This document shows positions 21,201 through 29,107 of a DNA stretch of 64,000 bases, one piece after another. Every line of letters begins with the position of its first letter. Position 1 is the first letter of the stretch. Source of the DNA: Candidatus Oxydemutatoraceae bacterium (GTDB lineage Bacteria > Pseudomonadota > Gammaproteobacteria > Poriferisulfidales > Oxydemutatoraceae); assembly GCA_965220085.1 (NCBI GenBank), contig CBDCOZ010000003.1:1088001-1152000 (forward strand), written 5' to 3'. The translations under genes were made by a program, and so were the position numbers. The notes under the pieces are model-generated. The model was not told the DNA's origin. It searched no databases and saw only the letters and a list, made by a program, of their open reading frames with translations.

Positions 21201-22812
21201 TGCTGCCAATGCCATCGCCGAGAATGCGGCGGTCGGCACGGCGGTGACTGGCATCGCTCTGAGCGCAAGCGACGAAGCAGGCAATGCGGTGAGCGCTGTG
21301 ACCTGGAGCATAGCGAGCGCCCCGACCGGTTTGTTCGCGATAGATGCCGACGGCGTTGTCAGGCTGGCCGCTTCGGATGCCTTGGATTACGAGAGCACGC
21401 CAACCCATAGCATAACCGCGCGGGCTGTGGCGGGCGCCGTGGTATCCAATGACTTGTCGCTGACGATAAGCGTTTTGAATGTGCCGAAGAGCCTGACGAT
21501 TGCGGATAGCAATGATGCCGCCAATGCCATCGCCGAGAATGCGGCGGTCGGCACGGCGGTGACTGGCATCGCTCTGAGCGCAAGCGACGAAGCAGGCAAT
21601 GCGGTGAGCGCTGTGACCTGGAGCATAGCGAGCGCCCCGACCAATCTGTTCGCGATAGATGCCGACGGCGTTGTCAGGCTGGCCGCTTCGGATGCCTTGG
21701 ATCACGAGAGTGCGCCGATCCATAGCGTGACCGCGCGGGCTATGGCGGGCGCCGTGGTATCCAATGACTTGTCGCTGACGATAAGCGTTTTGAATGTGCC
21801 GAAGAGCCTGACGATTGCGGATAGCAATGATGCCGCCAATGCCATCGCCGAGAATGCGGCGGTCGGCACGGCGGTGACTGGCATCGCTCTGAGCGCAAGC
21901 GACGAAGCAGGCAATGCGGTGAGCGCTGTGACCTGGAGCATAGCGAGCGCTCCGACCAATCTGTTCGCGATAGATGCCGACGGCGTTGTCAGGCTGGCCG
22001 CTTCGGATGCCTTGGATTACGAGAGTGCGCCGACCCATAGCGTGACCGCGCAAGCCTCAACCGGCAGTGTCAGCGCCACGATAGAACTGGCCATCGCCGT
22101 AACGGATGTTGATGAGACCCCGCCGCCGCAGCTTGTCTACACAGCGATAGTAGCGGAGTCGGCGACGGCGGGCACGGCGATAGCGGGCGTGACACTGGCT
22201 ACACAGGCTGTCGATGGCGCTGTGACATGGAGCCTGAGCGACCCGAACGACCCCGACTTGTTTGCGATAAGCGCCGACGGCGTAATCACTTTGATTGCGA
22301 GCGGCGCGCTGGATTACGAAGATGCCGATGCCCGCATCCATCGCGTGATGGTAACCGCCGAAGCTGACGGCGAGGAGCTCGTCACGATGCCGCTGACGAT
22401 ACGCGTGACCAATGTGCTGGAGGCATTGACGATTGTCGATAGCGATGCCACGACCAATGCGGTTGCGGAGAATGCGGCGATTGGCACGACGGTGACCGGC
22501 ATCACGCTGACGGTGCGCGATGAGGGCGATCGCGCGGTCGGCGGAGTGACTTGGAGCATAGCGAGCGTTCCGAGCGACTTGTTCGCGATTGATTCCGCAA
22601 GCGGCGAGGTGACCTTGGCGGGCGCGCCGGATTACGAGACATCGACCGCCCACGCGGTAATCGCGCGGGCGACAAAAGACGCCGTGGTATCCGATGATTT
22701 GAGGCTGACAATAGCGATTACGAAGGACCCGACTGACGACGACGGCACGGAGCCGTCCGAACCGGCGCTCAAACTCCGCCTGCGTCTCTTCCTGGAAGGG
22801 CCGTTGCGATAA
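18265..22812 (+). CDS. Secreted adhesin-like protein: signal peptide, two GLUG/FN3 modules, about 5 cadherin-like repeats, C-terminal LKLRLRLFLEGPLR
   Basis: 1515-aa ORF; signal-like ALVLALAVLLFRASAMA-Q; same module motifs as its neighbours. Confidence 0.9.
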   Translation: MELERHIANRMPRATASFLRLLPKASALVLALAVLLFRASAMAQQADYDSDNNNLIDITTAEQLNAMRYDLDGDGMPGAGTQTYAEAFVNAVDGMGCASDCIGYELLNDLDFDDAADYASGTVNADWTSGAGWAPIGSLGKNFAAVFNGNGHAVRNLRISRAAHFQSLFGIVGEDALITNVGVTGSVNARGFWFAGGLVGGVDKSAIENSYSAVAVEGGAQSGSLLGYATDASAVRRSYATGAVYADSESGGLLGRDFDSQAHGTVEHTYATGYVDVTRGGGLIGVLGNVALRYGYATGLIHPGNQSSGGLGGSVEAGAVAAAVYWDSETSAKTNAFGEGALAGVSGKTAAELQAPTSYAGIYADWNATDADGNATDYWDFGNANQYPALKIDFDNDGTASWQEFGYQLREGPRLREGLQRVTRDRIAFDLRWSAPDTSHWDNPPQIDYRIYRDGAALDIGADDIAETRAANGEIVYSYADAGLLADTVYAYHIAAVVGGGEPSRSATAFEVDYDRDDDGLIEITTLEQLSAIRWDLDGDGKPDESAREYAQAFPGITDSAGCPDTCNGYELRRDLDFDDAASYASGSVNTAWTSGVGWLPIGTVFTESFAATFNGNGHAIYNLYVNSAERYRSLFGVVNGVISNIGVTGSVSSTGSFIGGLAGVLAGFGMIEKSYSAVSVEADASGGSLAGWVSASTVRLSYASGVVNASASAGGLLGHIFLTSAHRAEIEHVYATGFVNATGDDNSVGGLLGFPGQARLKYAYATALVAPSGGGLSGDDTDDFSATAAYWDIEASDRATATPSAAIDGVEGKATAKLQAPTAYAGIYADWDEGNAADYWDFGAANQYPALNIDFDNDGMASWQEFGYQLREGPAVATTDTSAGVLSWSAPDTSHWPRDPPSVGYAIYRNGAPLRLAADAIAKTADANGDVVYSYVDPDASADSAYRYHIAATVNGGEASRSGASDAPESLTIADSNDAANAIAENAAVGTAVTGIALSASDEAGNAVSAVTWSIASAPTGLFAIDADGVVRLAASDALDYESTPTHSITARAVAGAVVSNDLSLTISVLNVPKSLTIADSNDAANAIAENAAVGTAVTGIALSASDEAGNAVSAVTWSIASAPTNLFAIDADGVVRLAASDALDHESAPIHSVTARAMAGAVVSNDLSLTISVLNVPKSLTIADSNDAANAIAENAAVGTAVTGIALSASDEAGNAVSAVTWSIASAPTNLFAIDADGVVRLAASDALDYESAPTHSVTAQASTGSVSATIELAIAVTDVDETPPPQLVYTAIVAESATAGTAIAGVTLATQAVDGAVTWSLSDPNDPDLFAISADGVITLIASGALDYEDADARIHRVMVTAEADGEELVTMPLTIRVTNVLEALTIVDSDATTNAVAENAAIGTTVTGITLTVRDEGDRAVGGVTWSIASVPSDLFAIDSASGEVTLAGAPDYETSTAHAVIARATKDAVVSDDLRLTIAITKDPTDDDGTEPSEPALKLRLRLFLEGPLR
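21170..22050 (+). repeat. 315-bp tandem cadherin-domain repeat, about 3 copies
   Basis: SLTIADSNDAANAIAENAAVGT unit occurs three times, nearly identical in DNA. Confidence 0.85.
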
Positions 22813-22965
22813 GCCGGAGCCGTCCTTGAGCCGACAATCTCAGAAGCCACAAACAATTGAGTGTTGTTTGTGTGCCGCCTCCCTCCGTCAGGGGAGGGTG
22901 ATTACGTTGTCTGCGTTCGCGCAAAAGCCCCCCGCAAAGGAAGCGGCAAAGGGACAGACGGCATG
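22813..22965 (+). repeat. Conserved post-stop element with perfect CACAAACAA-ttgagtg-TTGTTTGTG hairpin
   Basis: 9-bp inverted repeat at about 22848-22872; flanks align with the copies after 12172, 24132 and 27739. Confidence 0.75.
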
Positions 22966-23118
22966 GGGGAGCAATGGGCCGGGAGGGGTGCGCGATGTAT
23001 TGCTAGCACTCATATTTTTAGCGGATTCTGACGTTAGGAGGTAGTGTCATATATAATCAGAGCTTTGCAAGGAGACAAACAAGGATTCTAAGTCGCCGAC
23101 ACATTGACATATAGATTT

Positions 23119-24132
23119 ATGCGGATAGAGCCCGAACAATACATTAACAAGTTGCGTGTTTCGCGTAACTCTCCCTTCCCTCGCCCGTTACCAAAAACAA
23201 GCGCGCTTGTTTTGGCGCTCGTGGTTTTGCTCTTCTCCGTATCCGCTCTTGCGAAACAACCCGCGCAACTATCGATCGACTTTGACGACAACGACGCGAA
23301 TACGGCAGTCGGTACGCCGGTCACGGCGACGGACGCATCGGATTTTGAAACCGCACAGGCGCATACGACAACGGCGCCAAATAGAGCGGTATCAGATCCG
23401 CGGTTCCCAATCACCGTCGCAACGGCCCTGCCACAGCTACAGATTACCTACATAGCGGTGGTAGCGGAGTCGGCAACGACGGGCACGACGATAGCGGAGG
23501 TAACGCTGGCACAGGTTGCCGATAGCGATGCCGCAAGCAGCGCGACATGGAGCCTGAGCGACCCGAACGAACCCGACTTGTTCGCAATAAGCAGCGCCAG
23601 CGGCGTAATCACGCTGATTGCGGGCGGCACGCTGGATTACGAGACATTAACGCAACACATAGTAATGGTGCGAGCCGAAGCCGACGGTGAGGAACTCATC
23701 ACAGTGCCGCTGACGATACGCGTGACCAATGTGCTGGAGGCATTGATGATTGACGATAGCGATGCCACGACCAATACGGTTGCGGAGAATGCGGCGGCCG
23801 GCACGACGGTGACCGGCATCGCGCTGACGGTGCGCGATGAGGGCGATCGCGCGGTCGGCGGAGTGACCTGGAACGTAGCGGGCGCCCCGGCCGACCTGTT
23901 CACGGTAGATGCCGACGGCGCTATCAGGCTGGCTACTTCGGGCGCCTTGGATTACGAGGCATCAACCGCCCACGCGGTAATCGTGCGGGCGACAAAAGAC
24001 GCCGTGGTATCCAATGACCTGGGACTGACGATAGAGGTTACGAACGACCCGACCGACGACGACGGCACAGAGCCGTCCGAACCGGCGCTCAGAATCCGCC
24101 TGCGCCTCTTCCTGGAAGGCCCGTTGCGATAA
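23119..24132 (+). CDS. Short secreted cadherin-like protein (two domains plus a collapsed fragment), C-terminal LRIRLRLFLEGPLR
   Basis: Leader homologous to that of the 18265 gene (SALVLALVVLLFSVSALA); C-terminal ~230 aa closely similar to the 18265 gene end. Confidence 0.8.
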   Translation: MRIEPEQYINKLRVSRNSPFPRPLPKTSALVLALVVLLFSVSALAKQPAQLSIDFDDNDANTAVGTPVTATDASDFETAQAHTTTAPNRAVSDPRFPITVATALPQLQITYIAVVAESATTGTTIAEVTLAQVADSDAASSATWSLSDPNEPDLFAISSASGVITLIAGGTLDYETLTQHIVMVRAEADGEELITVPLTIRVTNVLEALMIDDSDATTNTVAENAAAGTTVTGIALTVRDEGDRAVGGVTWNVAGAPADLFTVDADGAIRLATSGALDYEASTAHAVIVRATKDAVVSNDLGLTIEVTNDPTDDDGTEPSEPALRIRLRLFLEGPLR

Positions 24133-24384
24133 GCTTAAATTGTTCCCCGAGCCGACAATTCAAGGAGCCGCAAACAATTGAGCATTGTTTGTGTGTCGCC
24201 TCGCTCCCGCGAGGGGGAGAGCGCTCACATCGTCCGCTTTCGCGCAAAGCTCCCGCGAAGGGAGTGGCAAAGGCAGACAGCGCGCCATCGCACGACTGAG
24301 CGACCACACCACGGACCGAAGTTTCAAAAACCCATGACACACACAACATTTGCCTCAGGTGTCCGATATGTTATGGCATCAAAC
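24133..24384 (+). repeat. Conserved post-stop element; internally deleted sister of 12173-12684, without the MITE
   Basis: Shares the 5' part and the 3' part (cacacaaYatttgcctcagg..tccgatatgtYatggcatcaaa) with 12173-12684, lacks the transposase-like middle, and has a single GCATCAAA. Confidence 0.8.
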
Positions 24385-24455
24385 ATGTCCAATATGTCTT
24401 GTCTTGGCATCATGCATAGCGCTCCGGTTCATGGGGTCTGTGATAAAATCCCCGA

Positions 24456-25802
24456 ATGGCTTTTTCCGTTAAAATTAATAACCTTGGTAAGATTACCGAG
24501 AAACCGATTGTGGTAGGGGGGTTGACCGTATTGGCCGGCCCTAATGCCACAGGCAAAACCTTCTTTTCCAAGGCGCTTTATTCCGTGTTTGACGCGATGA
24601 ACGCAAACCATACGCTAGTGGCGATTCAAGGACTTGCGCGTCCATTGCGACAGTATCTGCAGATACTGACGAGGATGCCGGAGTTTGAAAAAAACACGGC
24701 ACTGGACTCAATAAAAGCCCAATTCAAACAGTTGGAAAGATTATGTGCACCGCTTTCCGGCACAGACGATGAAATTGCCGCCGTTGAGGAAATGCATCCA
24801 AAACTCTCCGGCGCTGTGAAGGAAATTGTTCGTGCCTATGGGGAGGTGCGACCCGCCATTGATAAAGTTAAAGGAATTGGCATTCGCGAAAACATTCTTG
24901 ATCTAAGTGATTCCGGTATCAAGGATTTGAAGGAATTAACGAATCTTTCGTCGGAGGAAGTAGTGCTTAAAGGATTTAAGCGGGCTCTCGGTCGCAACCT
25001 AAGAGGCAATTTCCAGACTGCAAGATTAACGGATTTGCGGGGAAATTCGGATGAGGACACCTTCATCCAAATAGAGGGCGTAGGAAGAATTGCGATTGAT
25101 GGAAATCACTTGCAGAGTGACATTGAGCCCGCCGGGCTGGCACGGTTGCAGAAATACTCCAGAGTGATTTATCTGGAGTCGCCTATTCATTGGAAATTGA
25201 GGGGAGCGCTCAAGCAGTACGCCCCGCGCTTTCGGCATTTCGGGGGGAGTTTGAATATCCCCAAATATTTCACCGACTTGGATGCCGCGCTGAACGACGA
25301 ATATTCCGGCGAGGTTGCTTTTCCAGAGTTGCTTCAAGAGTTGATTACGGATGTTTTGCAAGGGAAAATGGTTATTGCCGAAAGTGGCGAATTGCAATTC
25401 GCAGAAAATGGTCAAGCGCGTCCGTTCTCCCTGCCCATGACGGCTACCGGCATGGTAAACCTCGGTATTCTGGGGATGTTGATTGAAAGGAAAATCATTG
25501 ACAAGGGCGCGTTTCTTTTCATTGACGAGCCCGAGGCCAACCTTCACCCGAAGTGGCAAGCGGAGATGATTCGTGTTCTCTTTGAGTTGGCACAAGGCGG
25601 CGTTCATGTCGTCATAGCCACGCATAGTCCTGACATCGCAGAGCGTTTATCCGCACTGGCGAAGCAGAATCCGGGCTCCGAGGACATGATTGCCCTGAAT
25701 CATTTTTCATCGGAAGGCGTGGAAAGCAATGAGAAAAACTTTGACAAAAAAATGGGAGCTATCATAAAAGAGTTGACGGATGCTTTTTCCACTCCTACGT
25801 GA
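24456..25802 (+). CDS. ABC-type AAA ATPase (AAA_15/AAA_21-like), putative defence ATPase
   Basis: N-terminal Walker A GPNATGKT, signature-like TATGM, Walker B/D-loop FIDEPEANLHP, H-loop ATHS. Confidence 0.85.
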   Translation: MAFSVKINNLGKITEKPIVVGGLTVLAGPNATGKTFFSKALYSVFDAMNANHTLVAIQGLARPLRQYLQILTRMPEFEKNTALDSIKAQFKQLERLCAPLSGTDDEIAAVEEMHPKLSGAVKEIVRAYGEVRPAIDKVKGIGIRENILDLSDSGIKDLKELTNLSSEEVVLKGFKRALGRNLRGNFQTARLTDLRGNSDEDTFIQIEGVGRIAIDGNHLQSDIEPAGLARLQKYSRVIYLESPIHWKLRGALKQYAPRFRHFGGSLNIPKYFTDLDAALNDEYSGEVAFPELLQELITDVLQGKMVIAESGELQFAENGQARPFSLPMTATGMVNLGILGMLIERKIIDKGAFLFIDEPEANLHPKWQAEMIRVLFELAQGGVHVVIATHSPDIAERLSALAKQNPGSEDMIALNHFSSEGVESNEKNFDKKMGAIIKELTDAFSTPT

Positions 25803-25818
25803 TGAATCAGGAATAGAT

Positions 25819-26376
25819 GTGATGGAGGATTTGGCTGAGTTTCTGGAACCGATTAGGATACAAGACCACGACGATCCGATTGGGGAAGCATATAAAATGG
25901 ACGGTTGCGCCCCGGCTCCAAGCATGCGCAAACGCGCCGGTTTGGGCACACTGCATTGTTGTGACTATGTGCGCATAGACGGAGAAAAAACCATCCTCAT
26001 TGAAGACACTCAATTGGGTAAAACCATGGTGCGCTTGCAAGAAAAATATGATTCCATGGAAAAAGAAAAAAGGGAGGAATATATTCGGGAGCGCATTAAG
26101 AGTGAAAATTGCCTGAAAGTTTATGGTTCGCTTCTGGTCTTATGCCGCTTGGACAAATGGTCGGAGCATCGCGAATTTATACTTGTGAGTAGCGATGGCA
26201 GCGAAGCGATTTTTTTGCAAAACAGGAATCCGAATAACGAACTGCAAGCAGCAATCCGAGAAGAATTATGCGGTGAGCAATCGAGTGTCAGAGGGGCGTT
26301 GCAAGGGGGCGGATCGGTAAAAGATGTAAGAGTGATAAGTGTTGACAAACTGCGGGATATACTGAGGGGCAATTGA
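25819..26376 (+). CDS. Hypothetical protein, possible PD-(D/E)xK-like nuclease partner of the ATPase
   Basis: Starts just after the ATPase; CDY...LIEDT loosely resembles a PD..(D/E)xK core; start codon uncertain. Confidence 0.6.
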   Translation: MMEDLAEFLEPIRIQDHDDPIGEAYKMDGCAPAPSMRKRAGLGTLHCCDYVRIDGEKTILIEDTQLGKTMVRLQEKYDSMEKEKREEYIRERIKSENCLKVYGSLLVLCRLDKWSEHREFILVSSDGSEAIFLQNRNPNNELQAAIREELCGEQSSVRGALQGGGSVKDVRVISVDKLRDILRGN

Positions 26377-26510
26377 TTCTGGGTTCCTTGTGGGGCAACG
26401 AGCTTTGCTCGCCAGAGGGGGAGGAGGAGCGGACTTTGATGAGTTCCATAAAGACATAGTTCGCATCCCTCTTTGTTGCCGACAAAGTGCATGCTCAGGG
26501 GGGTCGCCAT

Positions 26511-27659
26511 CTACTCTGTGCATCGCGCATGTCTTGCCCGAATTGCCTCTATACGGCGCTTGGCTTCGTCTTGTGCCTTCACTAAGTCTCTGGGAGACAA
26601 CCCAGACAGCGATTTGTCGAGAGCATCCCGGTATTCCCTCGACATCTCAAACCCATTCGCCACCGCAATGGAAATCCAGATATACGCCTCCTTGTAGTTT
26701 TGTGGAACACTTTTGCCATCGAAATACATCCCTCCAAGACCAGCTTGTGCGTCAGCAGCGTTTCCCCATTCGGCAGCCCTCCGAACCCACTTCACTGCTT
26801 CAGCACCATCTCGATAAACATCTGGCCCCTTGGCATATATCGCTCCAAGAAGGACTTGCGCCTGAGCGTTTCCCTGTTCGGCAGCGCGTCTGGCCCATTT
26901 CTCTTCTTCCGCATAATCTTGCGTGTCACCCTCGCTGTCGGAATACATCGAGGCGAGAAGATATTGCGCTACAGCAAGTCCCTGCTTGGCGGCATAGCTA
27001 TACCACTTCATCGCTTGCGTATCATCTGGCATGATGCCTAAACCATATTGATACATTGCGCCGATACTGGCTTGCGCTACAGCAAGTCCCTGCTCGGCAG
27101 CGAGCTGATACCATTTATATGCTTCCGCATAATCTTGCTCAGTGCCCCGACCGGCACCATGCATCTGGCCGAGATCAAATTGTGCATCAGCATCCCCTCC
27201 TTTCGCCTTCTCCATGATTTCGTTGAAAGACTCACTTGGCGGGATTGTCTTGCCTATTGTTAGGTGGTCGTTATCTACTACTCTGATGTGGTTAACCTTG
27301 CATTCCTTCAGAGGGCATAATTCAATGGATAATCCAAAGGGTTTTATTTCAGTATCCATAGTGGCTATGTTGAGAATCTTGATTTTTTCTTCAGGAAGCT
27401 CGGGACATTTAATACCCAATAAGAATGCCAATGGAATGGCGGAGATGGCTCCTGCGATGTACATCAGGCTTTTGGGGATACCAAATAATTTGGCAATCCA
27501 TAGAAGGGAAAAGATAACCGCTACCGTAGCGACCAAAAAGATCAGGAAAGGTGAGTTGAAGAACCATAGAAGGAAAGAGGCAACAGCAAGCAACGCCAAG
27601 CGCAACTCCATTGGTTGTACTAGAAAAAATTTGAACATTTTTTTGATGAATGATGGCAT
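26511..27659 (-). CDS. Membrane-anchored Sel1-like repeat protein
   Basis: About three N-terminal hydrophobic helices; about five 36-aa repeats AQxxLGxMYxxGxGxxQDYxEAxKWYxxAAEQG. Confidence 0.85.
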   Translation of the reverse strand: MPSFIKKMFKFFLVQPMELRLALLAVASFLLWFFNSPFLIFLVATVAVIFSLLWIAKLFGIPKSLMYIAGAISAIPLAFLLGIKCPELPEEKIKILNIATMDTEIKPFGLSIELCPLKECKVNHIRVVDNDHLTIGKTIPPSESFNEIMEKAKGGDADAQFDLGQMHGAGRGTEQDYAEAYKWYQLAAEQGLAVAQASIGAMYQYGLGIMPDDTQAMKWYSYAAKQGLAVAQYLLASMYSDSEGDTQDYAEEEKWARRAAEQGNAQAQVLLGAIYAKGPDVYRDGAEAVKWVRRAAEWGNAADAQAGLGGMYFDGKSVPQNYKEAYIWISIAVANGFEMSREYRDALDKSLSGLSPRDLVKAQDEAKRRIEAIRARHARCTE

Positions 27660-27691
27660 CGTATATTCCTTTGATGTGGAGGGGTACCAGT

Positions 27692-27840
27692 ATGCCATAC
27701 CCTGATGTGCGCCTCTTCCTGGAAGGGCCGTTACGATAAACCTAAGCCGTTCCCCGAGCCGACAATCTCAGAAGCCACAAACAATTGAGTACTGTTTGTG
27801 TACCATCTCTCTCCCTCCCCCCGCGAGGGGGGAGTGCGGT
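27692..27840 (+). other. Orphan copy of the C-terminal tag (micro-ORF MPYPDVRLFLEGPLR*, 27692-27739) followed by the conserved post-stop element
   Basis: tgcgcctcttcctggaagggccgttacgataa matches the adhesin gene ends; the downstream sequence matches 22813 onward and 24133 onward. Confidence 0.8.
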
Positions 27841-27912
27841 TAGCGCAAGCACGGAGCTTGCTCGCCTTGTGCGGCGGAGTCAAGCACAGAAGTCCCTTGC
27901 GTATGCTCTGCG

Positions 27913-29028
27913 TCAGACAATCCGGTGGGCGCGCAACAGGTATTCGTCGCTTTGCATTTCATGCAGCCGGCTTTGGGCGCGTTTGAATATCTCGCCGAGT
28001 TCGCCTTCGCGATACAGATTGTCAATCGTTGTTTCAGCCGAGAGAATCAGAGCCACATTGCGGTCATAGAATTCGTCGATCAGATGAATAAACCGGCGCG
28101 CTTTGTCGTCGCACAGATAAAATTCGGGCACACCCGACACGATGACCGTGTCATAGCAGTTGGCGATAGCGATATAGTCTTTTGCCGAACGGGGGCCGCC
28201 GCAAATGTGCTCAAAGTCAAACCATATCGTATTGTGAATCTTGTTCTCGATCGCTATTTTGCGATTATTGACAGTGACCGCTTTCGCATCGTGTCGGCTC
28301 GGGTCATATCCTGTCTCGCGCAGGAAGAATTTTTCTTCCAGCAGCCGATAGGTGTTATTGCTATGCGGGCAGAAGTAGGTGCCGGCTTTGCGCATATGCT
28401 TGGCGCGGAAATCCTCGCCGCAATCCAGATGGATGGCGTCGGTGTATGCTTCGAGCAATGCGATAGCGGGGGCGAAGCGTTCGTATTGCAAACCGCCCTT
28501 GTACAGGTCTTGCGGCGGCGTGTTTGATGTGACGACCAGCGCCATATCGCGCTCAAACAACCCTTTGAGAAACCGGTTCATGAGCATCGCGTCGACGATA
28601 TTCGTGATGTGAAACTCATCGATGCATAAGACTTTTGTGCGGCGGGAAAAATACGAAGCGACCGCTTCGACCGGGTCGGGTTGTCGGCGGCAGGATTGCA
28701 GCAACTCGTGCACTTCTTCCATAAAACGGTAAAAGTGCATTCGTTGCTTTTCGTTGTGCTCGAGCGATTCAAAGAATATGTCCATCAGAAAGGTCTTGCC
28801 GCTTCCGATGTTGCCCCAGAGAAAAATCCCTCTGGGCGGCGGCGCACACAGCCGGCGCTTGGCTCCGAACCATTTTTTCCAACGCGGCGTGTCGGATGAT
28901 TGTGTCAGCCTGTCCGACAGATCTTGAAACCTGTCTATGACTATGCGTTGCCGGTCATTGGGCCGGTGTCCCATCTGTTTCAGGGCGTCTTCGTATATAT
29001 GTGTCAGTCGGGACATCTTGGCTGGCAT
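27913..29028 (-). CDS. zapE: Cell division ATPase ZapE (AFG1 family); start uncertain
   Basis: GIFLWGNIGSGKTFLMD, LCIDEF, TSNxxPxDLYxxGLQ, ARRFIxLIDEFYD, FxRxxSRLxEMQS. Confidence 0.92.
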   Translation of the reverse strand: MPAKMSRLTHIYEDALKQMGHRPNDRQRIVIDRFQDLSDRLTQSSDTPRWKKWFGAKRRLCAPPPRGIFLWGNIGSGKTFLMDIFFESLEHNEKQRMHFYRFMEEVHELLQSCRRQPDPVEAVASYFSRRTKVLCIDEFHITNIVDAMLMNRFLKGLFERDMALVVTSNTPPQDLYKGGLQYERFAPAIALLEAYTDAIHLDCGEDFRAKHMRKAGTYFCPHSNNTYRLLEEKFFLRETGYDPSRHDAKAVTVNNRKIAIENKIHNTIWFDFEHICGGPRSAKDYIAIANCYDTVIVSGVPEFYLCDDKARRFIHLIDEFYDRNVALILSAETTIDNLYREGELGEIFKRAQSRLHEMQSDEYLLRAHRIV

Positions 29029-29107
29029 GGTGTTTTGCGGATAATGCTGATTGAAATGGTACGGGAGATTAAAATGTTCGCGTGTTTTCACGTGTTAAAA
29101 TTATACA

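Noticed and set aside
109-23903. Many minus-strand and alternate-frame ORFs over the adhesin genes
   Set aside because: Shadow ORFs of GC-rich repetitive coding sequence; no recognisable motifs, and they repeat with the sense-strand modules.
3-24132. Autotransporter or RTX/T1SS assignment for the giant proteins
   Set aside because: No C-terminal beta-barrel or terminal aromatic residue, no GGxGxD nonapeptide arrays, and Sec-type leaders are present.
12173-27840. Integron cassette array or diversity-generating retroelement
   Set aside because: No tyrosine integrase or reverse transcriptase in the window; the repeats lack clear attC RYYYAAC/GTTRRRY ends; differences between copies are not adenine-specific.
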